A stretch of 64,000 nucleotides of DNA from the NCBI GenBank assembly GCA_963775655.1, contig CAVZJT010000012.1, positions 41,314 to 105,313 of the forward strand, written 5' to 3'. The notes beneath the pieces are model-generated. The model was given only the letters and a program-made list of their open reading frames with translations, did not search any database and was not told the DNA's origin. Of this stretch, positions 9,764-21,303 are shown piece by piece. The DNA comes from an uncultured Actinomycetota bacterium. Its GTDB lineage: Bacteria; Actinomycetota; Actinomycetes; Mycobacteriales; QHCD01. The position numbers and the translations under genes are program-made. How positions within the stretch are numbered: the first letter of the stretch is position 1; each line of letters starts with the position of its first letter.

Positions 9764-10969
9764 GTGACCTTCGCGTCGATGTGGGCGGAGCTGGCCACGA
9801 TCGGGCGCGACCCGACCTCCGGCGGCTACCTGCGCTTCGCCTGGACGCCCGCCGAACGGGCCGCCCGGGTGTGGTTCCGCACCGAGGCGGCCCGGCGGGA
9901 CCTCGCCGTCGAATCCGACGGCAACGGCAACGACGTCGCCTGGTGGCGGCCGGAGCCGCAGTCGCGGTCCGGTGGCGTCGTCACCGGGAGCCATCTCGAC
10001 TCGGTGCCGCACGGCGGTGCCTTCGACGGCCCACTCGGCGTCGTGTCCGGGCTCGCCGCGATCGACCTCCTGCGCGGGCGCGGCCTCGCCCCGGTCCGCC
10101 CGGTCGGTGTGGCGGTCTTCGCCGAGGAGGAGGGCGGCCGATTCGGTACGGCGTGCCTCGGCTCCCGGCTGCTGACCGGCCTGCTCACGCCGGAGCGGGC
10201 GGCCGGTCTCCGCGACGCCGACGGGGTCGGTCTGGTCGAGGCGATGACGGCCGCCGGTGACGAACCCGATCTCGGCCGGTCCGGGCTCCTGGACGACGTC
10301 ATGGCCTACGTCGAGTTGCACATCGAGCAGGGCCGCGGCCTCGTCGACCTCGACGCTCCGGTCGGGATCGGTGCGGAGATCTGGCCGCACGGACGCTGGC
10401 TCGTCGACATCACCGGCCGCCCCGACCACGCCGGCACCACCCGGCTCGCGGACCGCCGGGACCCGATGCTCACCGCCGCGGCGACCGTGCTGTGCGCGCG
10501 CACGACCGCGGAGCGGGCCGGAGCCGTAGCGACCGTCGGCCGCATCGTCGTCGAGCCCAACGGCACCAACGCCATCCCGTCCCGGGTGCGCGCCTGGCTC
10601 GATGCCCGCGCTCCGGACCAGCCGACGCTGACCCGGCTGATCGATCAGCTCACCGAGCAGACCTCCGCCCGCGCCGATGCGGACGGCACGACGGTGCGGG
10701 TCGTCACCGAGTCGGCCAGCCCCGCCGTGTCCTTCGCCGGCGCGACGACCGACACGATCCGACGGGTGCTGCCCGACGCCCCGGTGCTGCCGACCGCGGC
10801 CGGCCACGACGCCGGCGTACTCGCCGAGGCCGGGATCCCCACCGCGATGCTCTTCGTCCGCAACCCGACCGGCGTCTCCCACTCACCGGCCGAGCAGGCC
10901 ACCGAGGCCGACTGCCTCGCCGGTGTGGAGGCTCTCGCCGCGGTGCTCGAGGAGCTGGCGTTCCGATGA
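9764..10969 (+). CDS. M20-family amidohydrolase (allantoate amidohydrolase / N-carbamoyl-amino-acid hydrolase type)
   Basis: GSHLDSVPHGGAFDGPLGV, FAEEEGGRFG, and HSPAE near the C-terminus. GTG start inferred at 9764. The stop overlaps the hutF ATG (ATGA). Confidence 0.85.
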   Translation: MTFASMWAELATIGRDPTSGGYLRFAWTPAERAARVWFRTEAARRDLAVESDGNGNDVAWWRPEPQSRSGGVVTGSHLDSVPHGGAFDGPLGVVSGLAAIDLLRGRGLAPVRPVGVAVFAEEEGGRFGTACLGSRLLTGLLTPERAAGLRDADGVGLVEAMTAAGDEPDLGRSGLLDDVMAYVELHIEQGRGLVDLDAPVGIGAEIWPHGRWLVDITGRPDHAGTTRLADRRDPMLTAAATVLCARTTAERAGAVATVGRIVVEPNGTNAIPSRVRAWLDARAPDQPTLTRLIDQLTEQTSARADADGTTVRVVTESASPAVSFAGATTDTIRRVLPDAPVLPTAAGHDAGVLAEAGIPTAMLFVRNPTGVSHSPAEQATEADCLAGVEALAAVLEELAFR

Positions 10970-12303
10970 TCCGCCGGCACGCCCAGCTCGCCGTCCTCGA
11001 CGGCCGGGTGGCGGCCGACGTACTCATCGACATCGACGACGGCGAGATCACCGCGGTGACCCGTGACGCTCCCGCTCCGCCCGACGCCGAACGGCTCACC
11101 GGCCTCACCCTGCCGGGGTTCGCCAACACCCACTCGCACGCCTTCCACCGGGCACTGCGCGGCCGCACGCACGACGGCGCCAGCACGTTCTGGACCTGGC
11201 GCGAGAAGATGTACGCCGTCGCCGAGCGGCTCGACCCGGACAGCTACCTCGCCCTCGCCCGCGCCGTCTACGCCGAGATGGCGCTGGCCGGGATCTGCTG
11301 CGTGGGCGAGTTCCACTACCTGCACCACCGGCCGGACGGCACGCCGTACGACGACGCTAACGCGATGTCCGCGGCGCTGGTGCAGGCGGCCGCCGAGGCC
11401 GGCATCCGGATCACGCTGCTCGACACCTGCTACCTCACCGGCGGGATCGGCGAGCCGCTGACCGGAGTCCAGCGGGGTTTCGGGGACGGCGACGCCGACG
11501 GCTGGGTACGCCGGGTCGCGACCTTCCAGCCTCCCGGTCGCCACGCGAAGGTGGGCGCTGCGGTGCACTCCGTGCGTGCCGTGCCGGCCGACCAGATACC
11601 GCGCGTCTCCCGGTGGGCGGGCGAGCAGGGCTGGCCGCTGCACGTGCACCTGTCGGAACAGCGCGCCGAGAACGAGGCCTGCGACCACACCTACGGCAAG
11701 ACGCCCACCCGGCTGCTCGCCGATGCCGGGGCACTCGGGTCGCGCACCGTCGCTGTGCATGCCGTCCACCTGCGCCGCGACGACATCGAGCTGCTCGGCG
11801 ACAGCGGTACTGGGATCTGCCTGTGCCCCACGACCGAACGCGACCTCGCCGACGGGATCGCCCCGGCCCGTGCGCTGGCCGACGCCGGCTGCCCGCTGTC
11901 GGTGGGCAGCGACAGCCACGCCATGATCGATCCGTTGATCGAGGCACGCTCGATCGAGTTGGACGAGCGGCTGCGCTCGGAAGTCCGCGGCAATTTCACC
12001 TCCGCCGCGTTGCTCGATGCCGCCACGGCGGCCGGGCACGCTGCGCTCGGCTGGCCGGGGGCCGGCCGGATCGCGCCGGGCGCACCGGCCGACCTGGTGA
12101 CCGTCGACCTCGACGGCGTACGGCTCGCCGGGATCGGCACCGACGGCTCGGCCGCTCTCGACGGCGTGGTCTACGCGGGCATGGCGGCCGACGTACGACG
12201 CGTCATGGTCGGCGGCCGCGAGGTCGTCCGCGACGGGGTGCACCTGCTCGTCGACGACGTGCCCGGCGAGCTGCGCCGGGCGATCGGAACGGTGACCACG
12301 TGA
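10966..12303 (+). CDS. hutF: Formimidoylglutamate deiminase
   Basis: Amidohydrolase fold with [34 protein letters not shown]. Overlapping start/stop with both neighbours. Confidence 0.88.
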   Translation: MIRRHAQLAVLDGRVAADVLIDIDDGEITAVTRDAPAPPDAERLTGLTLPGFANTHSHAFHRALRGRTHDGASTFWTWREKMYAVAERLDPDSYLALARAVYAEMALAGICCVGEFHYLHHRPDGTPYDDANAMSAALVQAAAEAGIRITLLDTCYLTGGIGEPLTGVQRGFGDGDADGWVRRVATFQPPGRHAKVGAAVHSVRAVPADQIPRVSRWAGEQGWPLHVHLSEQRAENEACDHTYGKTPTRLLADAGALGSRTVAVHAVHLRRDDIELLGDSGTGICLCPTTERDLADGIAPARALADAGCPLSVGSDSHAMIDPLIEARSIELDERLRSEVRGNFTSAALLDAATAAGHAALGWPGAGRIAPGAPADLVTVDLDGVRLAGIGTDGSAALDGVVYAGMAADVRRVMVGGREVVRDGVHLLVDDVPGELRRAIGTVTT

Positions 12304-13478
12304 GCTCGTTACTCGTCACCGGCATCGGTGAGCTGGTCACCAACGACCCGGCGGTCGGCGCCGGCGCGCTCGGCATCCGACGCGACGTCGCACTCGCCAT
12401 CGACGACGGCCTCGTCGGGTGGATCGGCGCACCCGATCGGGCACCGGCCGCCGATACCCGCCTCGACGTCGCCGGCCGTGCCGTCATCCCTGGCTTCGTC
12501 GACTCACACGACCACCTGGTGTTCGCCGGCGAGCGGTCGGCGGAGTTCGCCGCGCGGATGGCCGGAACCCCTTACGCCGCAGGCGGAATCGCCAAGACCG
12601 TCGAGGCGACGAGGGCGGCGAGCGACGAGTCGCTGCGCGAAAACCTCCTCAGGCTGGCCACCGAGGCGCGGCGGCAGGGAACGACGACGATCGAGTGCAA
12701 GAGCGGATACGGCCTCACCGTGGAGGACGAGGCGCGTTCGCTGCGGATCGCCGGCGAGGCCACCACGGAGACGACGTTCCTCGGCGCCCACGTCGTCCCG
12801 CCGGAATACCGAGGGGACCCGGATGCCTACGTCGCCTTGGTGTGCGGACCGATGCTCGATGCATGTGCACCGTACGCCCGGTGGATCGACGTCTTCTGCG
12901 AGCAGGGCGCCTTCGACGCCGACGCGACACGCGCCGTGCTCGACGCCGGTGTCGCGCGCGGTCTGATACCCCGACTGCACGTCAATCAGCTGCATCCCGG
13001 GCCCGGCGTGCAGATCGCGGTCGAGTACGACGCCGCGTCGGCCGACCACTGCAGTCATCTCACCGACGCCGACATCGGTCTGCTGGCCGGCTCCAACACC
13101 GTCGCGACACTGCTACCCGCCGCCGAGTTCTGCACCCGCGCCATCTCGCCCGATGCCCGGCGGCTGCTCGACGTCGGCGCGCGGGTGGCGATCGCGACCG
13201 ACTGCAACCCGGGATCGTCCTTCACCACGAGCATGCCGTTCTGCATCGCCCTCGCCGTGCGGGAGATGGGGATGACACCGGCCGAGGCGCTCTACGCCGC
13301 GACCGCCGGTGGCGCGCAGGCACTGCGGCGCAACGACATCGGCCGCCTGGGCGCCGGGCTCCGGGCCGACCTGGCAGTCTTGGACGCGCCGTCCTACGTC
13401 CATCTCGCCTACCGGCCGGGTGTTCCGCTCGTGTCGACGGTCGTACAGGGTGGCGCGGTGGTGAAGGAGAGTCGATGA
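12300..13478 (+). CDS. hutI: Imidazolonepropionase
   Basis: [41 protein letters not shown] overlap with hutF. Confidence 0.92.
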   Translation: MSSLLVTGIGELVTNDPAVGAGALGIRRDVALAIDDGLVGWIGAPDRAPAADTRLDVAGRAVIPGFVDSHDHLVFAGERSAEFAARMAGTPYAAGGIAKTVEATRAASDESLRENLLRLATEARRQGTTTIECKSGYGLTVEDEARSLRIAGEATTETTFLGAHVVPPEYRGDPDAYVALVCGPMLDACAPYARWIDVFCEQGAFDADATRAVLDAGVARGLIPRLHVNQLHPGPGVQIAVEYDAASADHCSHLTDADIGLLAGSNTVATLLPAAEFCTRAISPDARRLLDVGARVAIATDCNPGSSFTTSMPFCIALAVREMGMTPAEALYAATAGGAQALRRNDIGRLGAGLRADLAVLDAPSYVHLAYRPGVPLVSTVVQGGAVVKESR

Positions 13479-15013
13479 GGACCGTTGTCGTCGGACCTGA
13501 TGGTGTGACGCCGGCCGACGTGATCGCGGTCGCCCGGGCGGATGCTCCGGTCGAGTTGTCGCCCGCCGCGCTGGCGGCGATCACGACGAGCCGGGCCATC
13601 GTCGACGAGATCGAATACAGCGACCGCGCGGTCTACGGAGTCTCGACCGGCTTCGGCGCGCTGGCGAGCACCCGGATCCCGCGGGAGCGGCGGACCGAGC
13701 TGCAGCATTCGCTGATCCGGTCACACGCCGCAGGCATGGGCGACCCGATGCCCCGTGAGGTCGTGCGGGCGATGATGTTGCTGCGGGCGCGGTCGTTGGC
13801 GATGGGCCGGTCCGGCGTACGCCCGCAGATCGTGCAGGGCCTGGTGGATCTGCTCGACGCCGACGTGACGCCGTGGGTGCCGGAGCACGGATCGCTCGGC
13901 GCCAGCGGGGATCTGGCGCCGCTCGCGCACTGTGCTCTGGTGCTGCTCGGCGAAGGATGGGTGCTGGGGCGCGACGGTGCGCGCGCCGACGCCGCCGAGG
14001 CGCTTGCCACGGCAGGGCTGACCCCGATCGTCCTGGCCAGCAAGGAGGGGCTAGCGCTCATCAACGGCACCGACGGGATGCTCGGCATGCTCCTGCTCGC
14101 GATCGCCGACGCCCGGCACCTCTTCACGATGGCCGATCTCACCGGCGCGCTCGCGATCGAGGCGATGCTCGGCAGTGACCGGCCGTTCGCCCGCGAGTTG
14201 CACGAGATCCGGCCGCACCCCGGACAGGCGGTCAGCGCGGCCAACATCCACCGGCTGCTGCAGGGCTCGGCCATCATGGCCTCCCACCGCGACAACATGG
14301 AACACGCGGTTCAGGACGCTTACTCGATGCGGTGCGCGCCCCAGGTCGCCGGCGCGGCCCGCGACACCCTGACCTTCGCCGAACAGGTCTCCGATCGGGA
14401 GCTGGCGTCCATTGTGGACAATCCCGTGGTCCTGCCGGACGGCCGGGTCGAGACGACCGGCAACTTCCACGGCGCACCGTTGGGCTTCGCCGCCGACTTC
14501 CTCGCGATTGCCGCGGCCGAGGTCGGTTCGATCGCCGAGCGCCGGGTCGACCGGCTGCTCGACCTGGTCCGGTCCCGCGGCCTGCCGGCATTCCTCGCCC
14601 CCGACCCGGGCGTCAACTCGGGGCTGATGATCGCGCAGTACACCGCCGCCGGGGTGGTTGCCGACAATCGTCGCTTGGCCGCACCCGCATCGGTCGACTC
14701 GCTGCCGACCTCCGGAATGCAGGAGGACCACGTGTCGATGGGGTGGTCGGCGGCGTGCAAGCTGCGGACGGTCCTCGACAACCTCGCGGACATCCTGTCC
14801 GTCGAGTTGCTCACCGCCGCTCGTGGTCTGCAGTTGCGGGCCCCGTTGACGCCCGGTCCGGCCGGTCAGGTGGTGCTGCGCCGGATCGCGCCGTACGCCG
14901 GTGCGCCCGGCCCGGATCGTTACGTCGCGCCGATGTTGGAGGCCGTGCGGGCCGAGCTCGTCGGCCCGCGGCTGCGCGCCGAGGTCGAGGCGGCGGCCGG
15001 GCCGCTGGGCTGA
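13475..15013 (+). CDS. hutH: Histidine ammonia-lyase
   Basis: [25 protein letters not shown] (MIO-forming ASG), NFHGAP. ATGA overlap with hutI. Confidence 0.95.
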   Translation: MRTVVVGPDGVTPADVIAVARADAPVELSPAALAAITTSRAIVDEIEYSDRAVYGVSTGFGALASTRIPRERRTELQHSLIRSHAAGMGDPMPREVVRAMMLLRARSLAMGRSGVRPQIVQGLVDLLDADVTPWVPEHGSLGASGDLAPLAHCALVLLGEGWVLGRDGARADAAEALATAGLTPIVLASKEGLALINGTDGMLGMLLLAIADARHLFTMADLTGALAIEAMLGSDRPFARELHEIRPHPGQAVSAANIHRLLQGSAIMASHRDNMEHAVQDAYSMRCAPQVAGAARDTLTFAEQVSDRELASIVDNPVVLPDGRVETTGNFHGAPLGFAADFLAIAAAEVGSIAERRVDRLLDLVRSRGLPAFLAPDPGVNSGLMIAQYTAAGVVADNRRLAAPASVDSLPTSGMQEDHVSMGWSAACKLRTVLDNLADILSVELLTAARGLQLRAPLTPGPAGQVVLRRIAPYAGAPGPDRYVAPMLEAVRAELVGPRLRAEVEAAAGPLG

Positions 15014-15016
15014 CGG

Positions 15017-15697
15017 CTACTCGGACTCGACCGGCGCGGCCGGCTCGTCGGCCGCGGCCGCGCGGGCATCCGCCTTCTCCCGCCGGTTGCTGACCATCTT
15101 GGCGCCGATCGGCACGAGCGAGATGACGACGGCGCAGAGCACGCCGAGAATCAGGATGAGGTCGACGTTGTCGCGGATGATCCGGATCGTGCCGAGGTAG
15201 TAGCCCGCGAGGGTGACGCCGGTCGCCCACAGCACGCCGCCGATGACGCTGAAGAACGCGTAGGTGGAGAAGCGCATCCGACTGGCGCCGGCGATCACGG
15301 TGACGAAGGTCCGCACGACCGGGACGAAGCGCGCCAGCAGCACTGTCGCTGCGCCGTACTTCTCGAAGAATCGGTGGGCCCGGTCGACGTGTTCCCGTTT
15401 GAAGAACCGGGAATCCGGCCGGTCGAAGATCGCCGGCCCGGCGCGGTATCCGATCCAGTAGCCGACCAGGTTGCCGGCGATCGCCGCCACCGGTGTGAGA
15501 ACGAGCAGCGACCACAGCGGCACATGGAAGATGTTGTTGGAGACCAGCAGGCCGGCGCTGAACAGCAACGTGTCACCGGGCAGGAAGAACCCGATCAGCA
15601 GGCCGCACTCGGCGAACAGGATGACCAGCAGCCCGATCAGACCGAAGGTGTCGATCAGGTAGGTCGGGCTGAGCGGCGAGGCGGCGAGGGTCGTCAC
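15017..15697 (-). CDS. DedA-family membrane protein
   Basis: FLPGDTLLFSAG, RFVPVVRTFVTVIAGASRM. Confidence 0.9.
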   Translation of the reverse strand: MTTLAASPLSPTYLIDTFGLIGLLVILFAECGLLIGFFLPGDTLLFSAGLLVSNNIFHVPLWSLLVLTPVAAIAGNLVGYWIGYRAGPAIFDRPDSRFFKREHVDRAHRFFEKYGAATVLLARFVPVVRTFVTVIAGASRMRFSTYAFFSVIGGVLWATGVTLAGYYLGTIRIIRDNVDLILILGVLCAVVISLVPIGAKMVSNRREKADARAAAADEPAAPVESE

Positions 15698-15760
15698 AAG
15701 GCCAAGGCTACCTGCGGCCCACCCCCACCCGGTCCTCCCTCGCCCGGCCGCCCCTCACCC

Positions 15761-15818
15761 CCATGATCGTGATCGGAAGAAGCCGCGACACGCCGACGGA
15801 ATCCGATCACGATCATGG
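15761..15818. repeat. Family C hairpin with the conserved CGGCGTGTCG loop core (inverted orientation)
   Basis: Perfect 17-bp arms CCATGATCGTGATCGGA / TCCGATCACGATCATGG around a 24-nt loop. The loop reverse complement contains CGGCGTGTCGCGG. Confidence 0.85.
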
Positions 15819-15908
15819 AATGGGGAGATGGAGGGGAGAGACGAACGAGAGGCGAGGGGAGCCAGAGGGCGGTGCGGTCCGGTGGGGGAGCTGTGCCACG
15901 CTGGGTCG

Positions 15909-17289
15909 ATGGGCGCTCGGGAGCGGCTGGTCGTCGTCGGCGGCGATGCGGGCGGTATGTCGGCGGCGTCGCAGGCCCGCCGCCTGCGCGGACCCGGCGA
16001 CCTCGAGATCGTCGCGGTCGAGCGGGGCAGCTACACGTCCTACTCCGCCTGCGGCATTCCCTACCTGATCGCCGGTGACGTGTCGCCGGTGGCCGCGCTC
16101 GTGGCCCGCACGCCGACGGAATTCCGCGAGAAGCAGGACATCGACGTGCTGATCCGCCACGAGGCGATCGACATCGACCTCGACCGGCGCGAGGTCGTCG
16201 TGCGCGATCTCGGTGACGGCTCCGACAGCTCGGCTCTCCTACGACCAGCTCGTCGTGGCCACCGGCGCCGTACCGACGCGTCCGGACCTGCCGGGGATCG
16301 ACCTCGACGGTGTCTTCGGCGTGCAGACCCTGGACGACGGAGCGGCTGTCCTTGCAGCGCTCGAATCCCGGCCACGCCGGGCCGTCGTGGTCGGCGCGGG
16401 CTACATCGGCCTGGAGATGGCCGAGGCGCTGGTACGCCGCGGCCTCGAGGTCACCGTGGTCGAAGGTGGGCCGGCACCGATGGCCACGCTCGATCCCGAC
16501 ATGGGTGCGCTGATCACCGCCGCCATGCGCGGCATCGGGATCGAGGTGCGGCTCGACGACCGGGTGCGCGGCATCGACGGCGACGCGCGGGTGGGCGCCG
16601 TCGTCACCGCGACGGCGACGTTGCCGGCCGACCTCGTGATCCTCGGCCTGGGCACCCGGCCCAACTCCGGGCTCGCCCGCGCCGCGGGAATCGCGTGCGG
16701 CCCGACCGGCGGCATCGTCACCGACACCCACATGCGCACGCCCGCACACCAGGGTGTCTGGGCCGTCGGCGACTGCGTGGAGAGCCACCATCTCGTCAGC
16801 CGGCGGCCCGTGCACGTCGCCCTGGGCACCCACGCCAACAAGCAGGGCAGGGTCGCCGGCATCAACATCGGCGGCGGTGACGCGACGTTTCCCGGCGTTC
16901 TGGGTACGGCGGTGACGAAGATCTGCGACCTCGAGATCGCCCGCACCGGACTGTCGAGCCGGGAGGCCGACGACGCCGGGCTGCCCGTCGTCAGCGCGAC
17001 GATCGAATCGACAACGCGGGCCGGCTATTTCCCCGGAGCCGAGCCGATCACCACCAAGGTGATCGCGGAGTCGGGCTCGGGCCGCCTGCTCGGGGCGCAG
17101 ATCGTCGGCCGCGACGGTGCCGCGAAGCGGATCGACGTCCTGGCCGCGGCGCTGTGGAACTCCATGACCGTCGACGAGATCATCGGCATGGACCTGTCCT
17201 ACGCGCCGCCGTTCGCGCCGGTCTGGGATCCGGTCCTGATCGCGGCGCGCAAGGCCGCCGGAGTCGTGGCCGACGCTGCTCGTCGTTAG
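15909..17289 (+). pseudogene. CoA-disulfide reductase / NADH-oxidase-type FAD oxidoreductase, frameshifted
   Basis: RLVVVGGDAGGMSAA..YTSYSACGIPY in ORF 15828-16880. Continuation ..YDQLVVATGA..VVVGAGYIGLEMAE..WAVGDC is in ORF 16213-17289. A +1 shift lies near 16225-16235. Confidence 0.8.
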
Positions 17290-17298
17290 AGTCGCGGC

Positions 17299-17814
17299 AT
17301 GGCCGACGAGGGTGTGCAGCCGATAGCCCGTCAGCGTCCGATCGAAGACGGCTCGGAGCGCGAGACGCTGGTCGGCATGCTCGACTTCCTGCGCGCCACG
17401 GCCGTCAACAAGGTGGCCGGCCTCACCGAGGAGGAGGCGCGCCGTACCTCCGCATCGCCGTCGACGTTGACGCCCCTCGGCGTCGTCAAGCACCTCGCCG
17501 GGACCGAACGCTTCTGGTTCAGCATCGACTTCGCCGGCGCCGACCTGCCGTGGCCGTGGCCGGAGGACGACCCGCACGGCAACTTTCCGCTCGATGACTC
17601 CGACACGGTGGCGTCGGTCGTCGCCGACTATCTCCACGAGTGCGAGCGCTCGCGGACGGCCATCGCCGACGCCGCTCTCGACGATCACGCGCGCGGCGAA
17701 GGAATGACCTTCGTCCTGCGCTACGCGTTGGCCCACATGGTCGAGGAGACCGCCCGGCACTGCGGGCATCTCGACCTGCTGCGCGAGCGGATCGACGGGA
17801 GCACCGGCCAGTAG
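17299..17814 (+). CDS. DinB-family (DUF664) protein
   Basis: LDFLRATAVNKVAGL.., VKHLAGTERFWF, HMVEETARHCGHLDLLRE. Confidence 0.8.
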   Translation: MADEGVQPIARQRPIEDGSERETLVGMLDFLRATAVNKVAGLTEEEARRTSASPSTLTPLGVVKHLAGTERFWFSIDFAGADLPWPWPEDDPHGNFPLDDSDTVASVVADYLHECERSRTAIADAALDDHARGEGMTFVLRYALAHMVEETARHCGHLDLLRERIDGSTGQ

Positions 17815-17849
17815 CCGGTCCCAGTAGCCGGTCAGGGAGGCGCGCAGCC

Positions 17850-18962
17850 GTGGTCGAGTCCCGTTACGACGTGATCGTCGTCGGCGCCGGTGCCATGGGT
17901 TCGGCCGCTGCGTGGTGGCTGTCCCGCCGCGGGCGCTCGGTGCTGCTGCTCGACCGGTTTCCGGCCGGTCACGATCGCGGCAGCTCCCACGGGCCGTCGC
18001 GGATCTTCCGGCTCGGGTATCCGGACGCGGCCTACGCCGCGCTCGCCGTCGAGGCCCGCCCGCTCTGGCGTGAACTGGAAGAAGCCGCAGGTACGCCGTT
18101 GCTCGAGCCCACCGGCTCCCTCGACCACGGGCCCGACAAGGAGATCGAGCCGGTCGCCCGCGTCTACGACGAACTCGGACTGCCGTACGACGTGCTCTCG
18201 GCGGCTGAGGCGACTGCTCGCTGGCCGGGCATGCGGTTCGACGGCGACGTCGTCCACCAGCCCGACGGCGCGGTGATCCGGGCCGACCGGGTGCTCGCAG
18301 CGCTGCACGACCAGATCCGCAGGCACGGCGGGACCGTGGCGATGGACTGCGGCCGGGCGACGGTCGAGCGGTCGGGTGTCGGCGTGCAGGTGCGGACCGC
18401 CGGCTTCACCGTCACGGCCCCGGCCGCCGTGGTCGCCGCCGGTCCGTGGGCGGCGGATACCTTGGCCGGCCTGATCGACCTGCCGGAGCTGACGGTGACC
18501 CGCGAGCAGGTCTTCTACTTCCGGCCGACCAGCGATCCGCAGCGGTGGCCGTGCTTCGTGGACCGCAGCGATCCGTCGCGCTACGGGCTCCCGACGCCGG
18601 GACGCGGGATCAAGGTCGGCGAGCATCACACCGGCGCTCCGGTATCCGCGGACGGGCGATCCTTCGACTGCGACGAGGAGGGCCGGCAGCGGGTGCTGGA
18701 CTACGTCCGGCGCGCGCTGCCCGGTCTCGACCCCGAGCCCACGTCGTACGACACCTGCCTCTACACCTCGACCCGTACCGAGGACTTCGTCGTCACCCGG
18801 GTCGGCCCGCTCGTCGTCGCCGCCGGCTTCTCCGGGCACGGCTTCAAGTTCACGCCGCTCATCGGTCGGCTGCTCGCTGATGCGGCCGAGGGCACGGGCC
18901 AGGTCCCGATCGGCATCTGGTCGGGAGACAGGGCTCGCCGCTCCGACGCCTCACATCTGTGA
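17850..18962 (+). CDS. solA: Monomeric sarcosine oxidase / N-methyltryptophan oxidase-type FAD enzyme
   Basis: YDVIVVGAGAMGSAAAWWL dinucleotide fold, GSSHGPSRIFR, GFSGHGFKF. GTG start at 17850 inferred. Confidence 0.75.
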   Translation: MVESRYDVIVVGAGAMGSAAAWWLSRRGRSVLLLDRFPAGHDRGSSHGPSRIFRLGYPDAAYAALAVEARPLWRELEEAAGTPLLEPTGSLDHGPDKEIEPVARVYDELGLPYDVLSAAEATARWPGMRFDGDVVHQPDGAVIRADRVLAALHDQIRRHGGTVAMDCGRATVERSGVGVQVRTAGFTVTAPAAVVAAGPWAADTLAGLIDLPELTVTREQVFYFRPTSDPQRWPCFVDRSDPSRYGLPTPGRGIKVGEHHTGAPVSADGRSFDCDEEGRQRVLDYVRRALPGLDPEPTSYDTCLYTSTRTEDFVVTRVGPLVVAAGFSGHGFKFTPLIGRLLADAAEGTGQVPIGIWSGDRARRSDASHL

Positions 18963-19994
18963 ACCGTCGGCGCCGTCCCCGGAGCGGTGCCACGCGGCGA
19001 GCACCGACCGCTCCTTGTCCGGGTCGAGGCCGGTCGACGCCCGCCCGGAGTCGTGCGGCGGGTCGGGGGTGGTGCGCAGCCACGCCCAGGTGTCGGCCAC
19101 CGTCTCGGCGACCGGACGGAACCGGAGACCGGCTTGCTCGGCCGGACGGGTGTCGTGGTCGAACGCCGCCGGCCCGATCGACTCCGGGAGCCAGAACGGG
19201 AGATCGGTCCACGGTGCGACCTCCTGGGCGGCCAGGAAGTCCTCCGCCACCCAGGTGAACCGGGCGTCCGAGCCGGTCGCCGTACGGCAGGCATCCAGGA
19301 CGCCGTCGAAGCGCACCTGGCCGGCGGGCCCGGTGGTGATGAAGCTTCCCGCGATCCCGTCCGGGCCGCAGCGCAGCATCCACGTGGCCAGATCGCGTAC
19401 GTCGGCCAGCGCAATCCACTTGTCCGGGCGCCCCGGAGCCAGCACCTCGCCGCCGTCGGCGACCCGCCGCAGCCACGACGTCAGCCGGCCGGTGTCGTCG
19501 TGCGGCCCGACGAGCAGCCCGGCCCGCGCCATCGTCGACCGATCGCCGAACTCCCGTTGGACGGCGCGCTCACAGCCGGACTTGAGCCAGCCGTACCGGG
19601 CGACCGGGTCCTCGGGCGCATCGTCGGTCGTCGCGTCCGGGGTGCCGTCGTGCACGGGCGAGTCCGCGCCGACCGGTTGTTCCCCCCAGTCGGGGAAGAC
19701 ATTGAGGGTCGAGACGAACACGTAGTGCCCGGCCGACGGCGCCAGCAGCCGGGCGCTGTCCCGCACGACCCGGGGCTCGTAACCGCTGGTGTCGACGACG
19801 ACGTCGAACTGCCTGCCCTCGAGGACCGCGAGGTCGGCAGCGACGCTGCGGTCGCCGTAGAGCGCTTCGACCGGGTCGGGGGGTTTGCCGGAGACGCCGC
19901 GGGTGAACGTCGTGACGTCGTCGCCGGCGTCGAGCGCGGCCGCGACGACGGCCCAGCCGAGGAACCTGGTTCCGCCCAGCACAAGGACTCGCAT
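18951..19994 (-). CDS. NAD-dependent epimerase/dehydratase-family protein
   Basis: MRVLVLGGTRFLG Rossmann start. 347 aa. Its 3' end overlaps the convergent solA-like gene by 12 nt. Confidence 0.8.
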   Translation of the reverse strand: MRVLVLGGTRFLGWAVVAAALDAGDDVTTFTRGVSGKPPDPVEALYGDRSVAADLAVLEGRQFDVVVDTSGYEPRVVRDSARLLAPSAGHYVFVSTLNVFPDWGEQPVGADSPVHDGTPDATTDDAPEDPVARYGWLKSGCERAVQREFGDRSTMARAGLLVGPHDDTGRLTSWLRRVADGGEVLAPGRPDKWIALADVRDLATWMLRCGPDGIAGSFITTGPAGQVRFDGVLDACRTATGSDARFTWVAEDFLAAQEVAPWTDLPFWLPESIGPAAFDHDTRPAEQAGLRFRPVAETVADTWAWLRTTPDPPHDSGRASTGLDPDKERSVLAAWHRSGDGADGSQM

Positions 19995-20130
19995 CGTCCG
20001 AGCCTGTCAGTCACCGGGCCGGTGACGGAAGAGCCGTTCGCAGTCGGCGGAAGGACCGGGCGGCTGCGACGTCGGTCCGGGGGTGCGGGATACTCGATGC
20101 GGAGTCGTCGAGAACACGCCGGAGGATGTC

Positions 20131-21166
<1,036 letters not shown>

Positions 21167-21220
21167 CCCTCTCGATCATTCGCGGCTGACCTGAGCCGGT
21201 CACCCGCCTCTGCCGACGTG

Positions 21221-21303
21221 AAACAAACGCACTAGTAGTGCGTTTTGGTCGCAGACACGCCGTAATGCGACCCTCAAAACGCACTCCTAGTGCATTTTGG
21301 TCG
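21221..21303. repeat. Family B hairpin doublet (inverted orientation)
   Basis: AAACAAACGCACTAGTAGTGCGTTTTGGTC, spacer GCAGACACGCCGTAATGCGACCC, then TCAAAACGCACTCCTAGTGCATTTTGGTCGA. The spacer reverse complement contains TACGGCGTGTC. Confidence 0.85.

Noticed and set aside
8080-9798. 572-aa minus-strand ORF, and the 8888-10969 plus-strand ORF N-terminal extension
   Set aside because: Both overlap hutU in other frames and have shadow-ORF composition. Only the last ~400 aa of 8888-10969 (from the GTG at 9764) are M20-hydrolase-like.
15694-17769. 691-aa minus-strand ORF
   Set aside because: It is antisense to the CoA-disulfide-reductase-like and DinB genes, with low-complexity Arg/Gly/Asp-rich sequence and no motifs.
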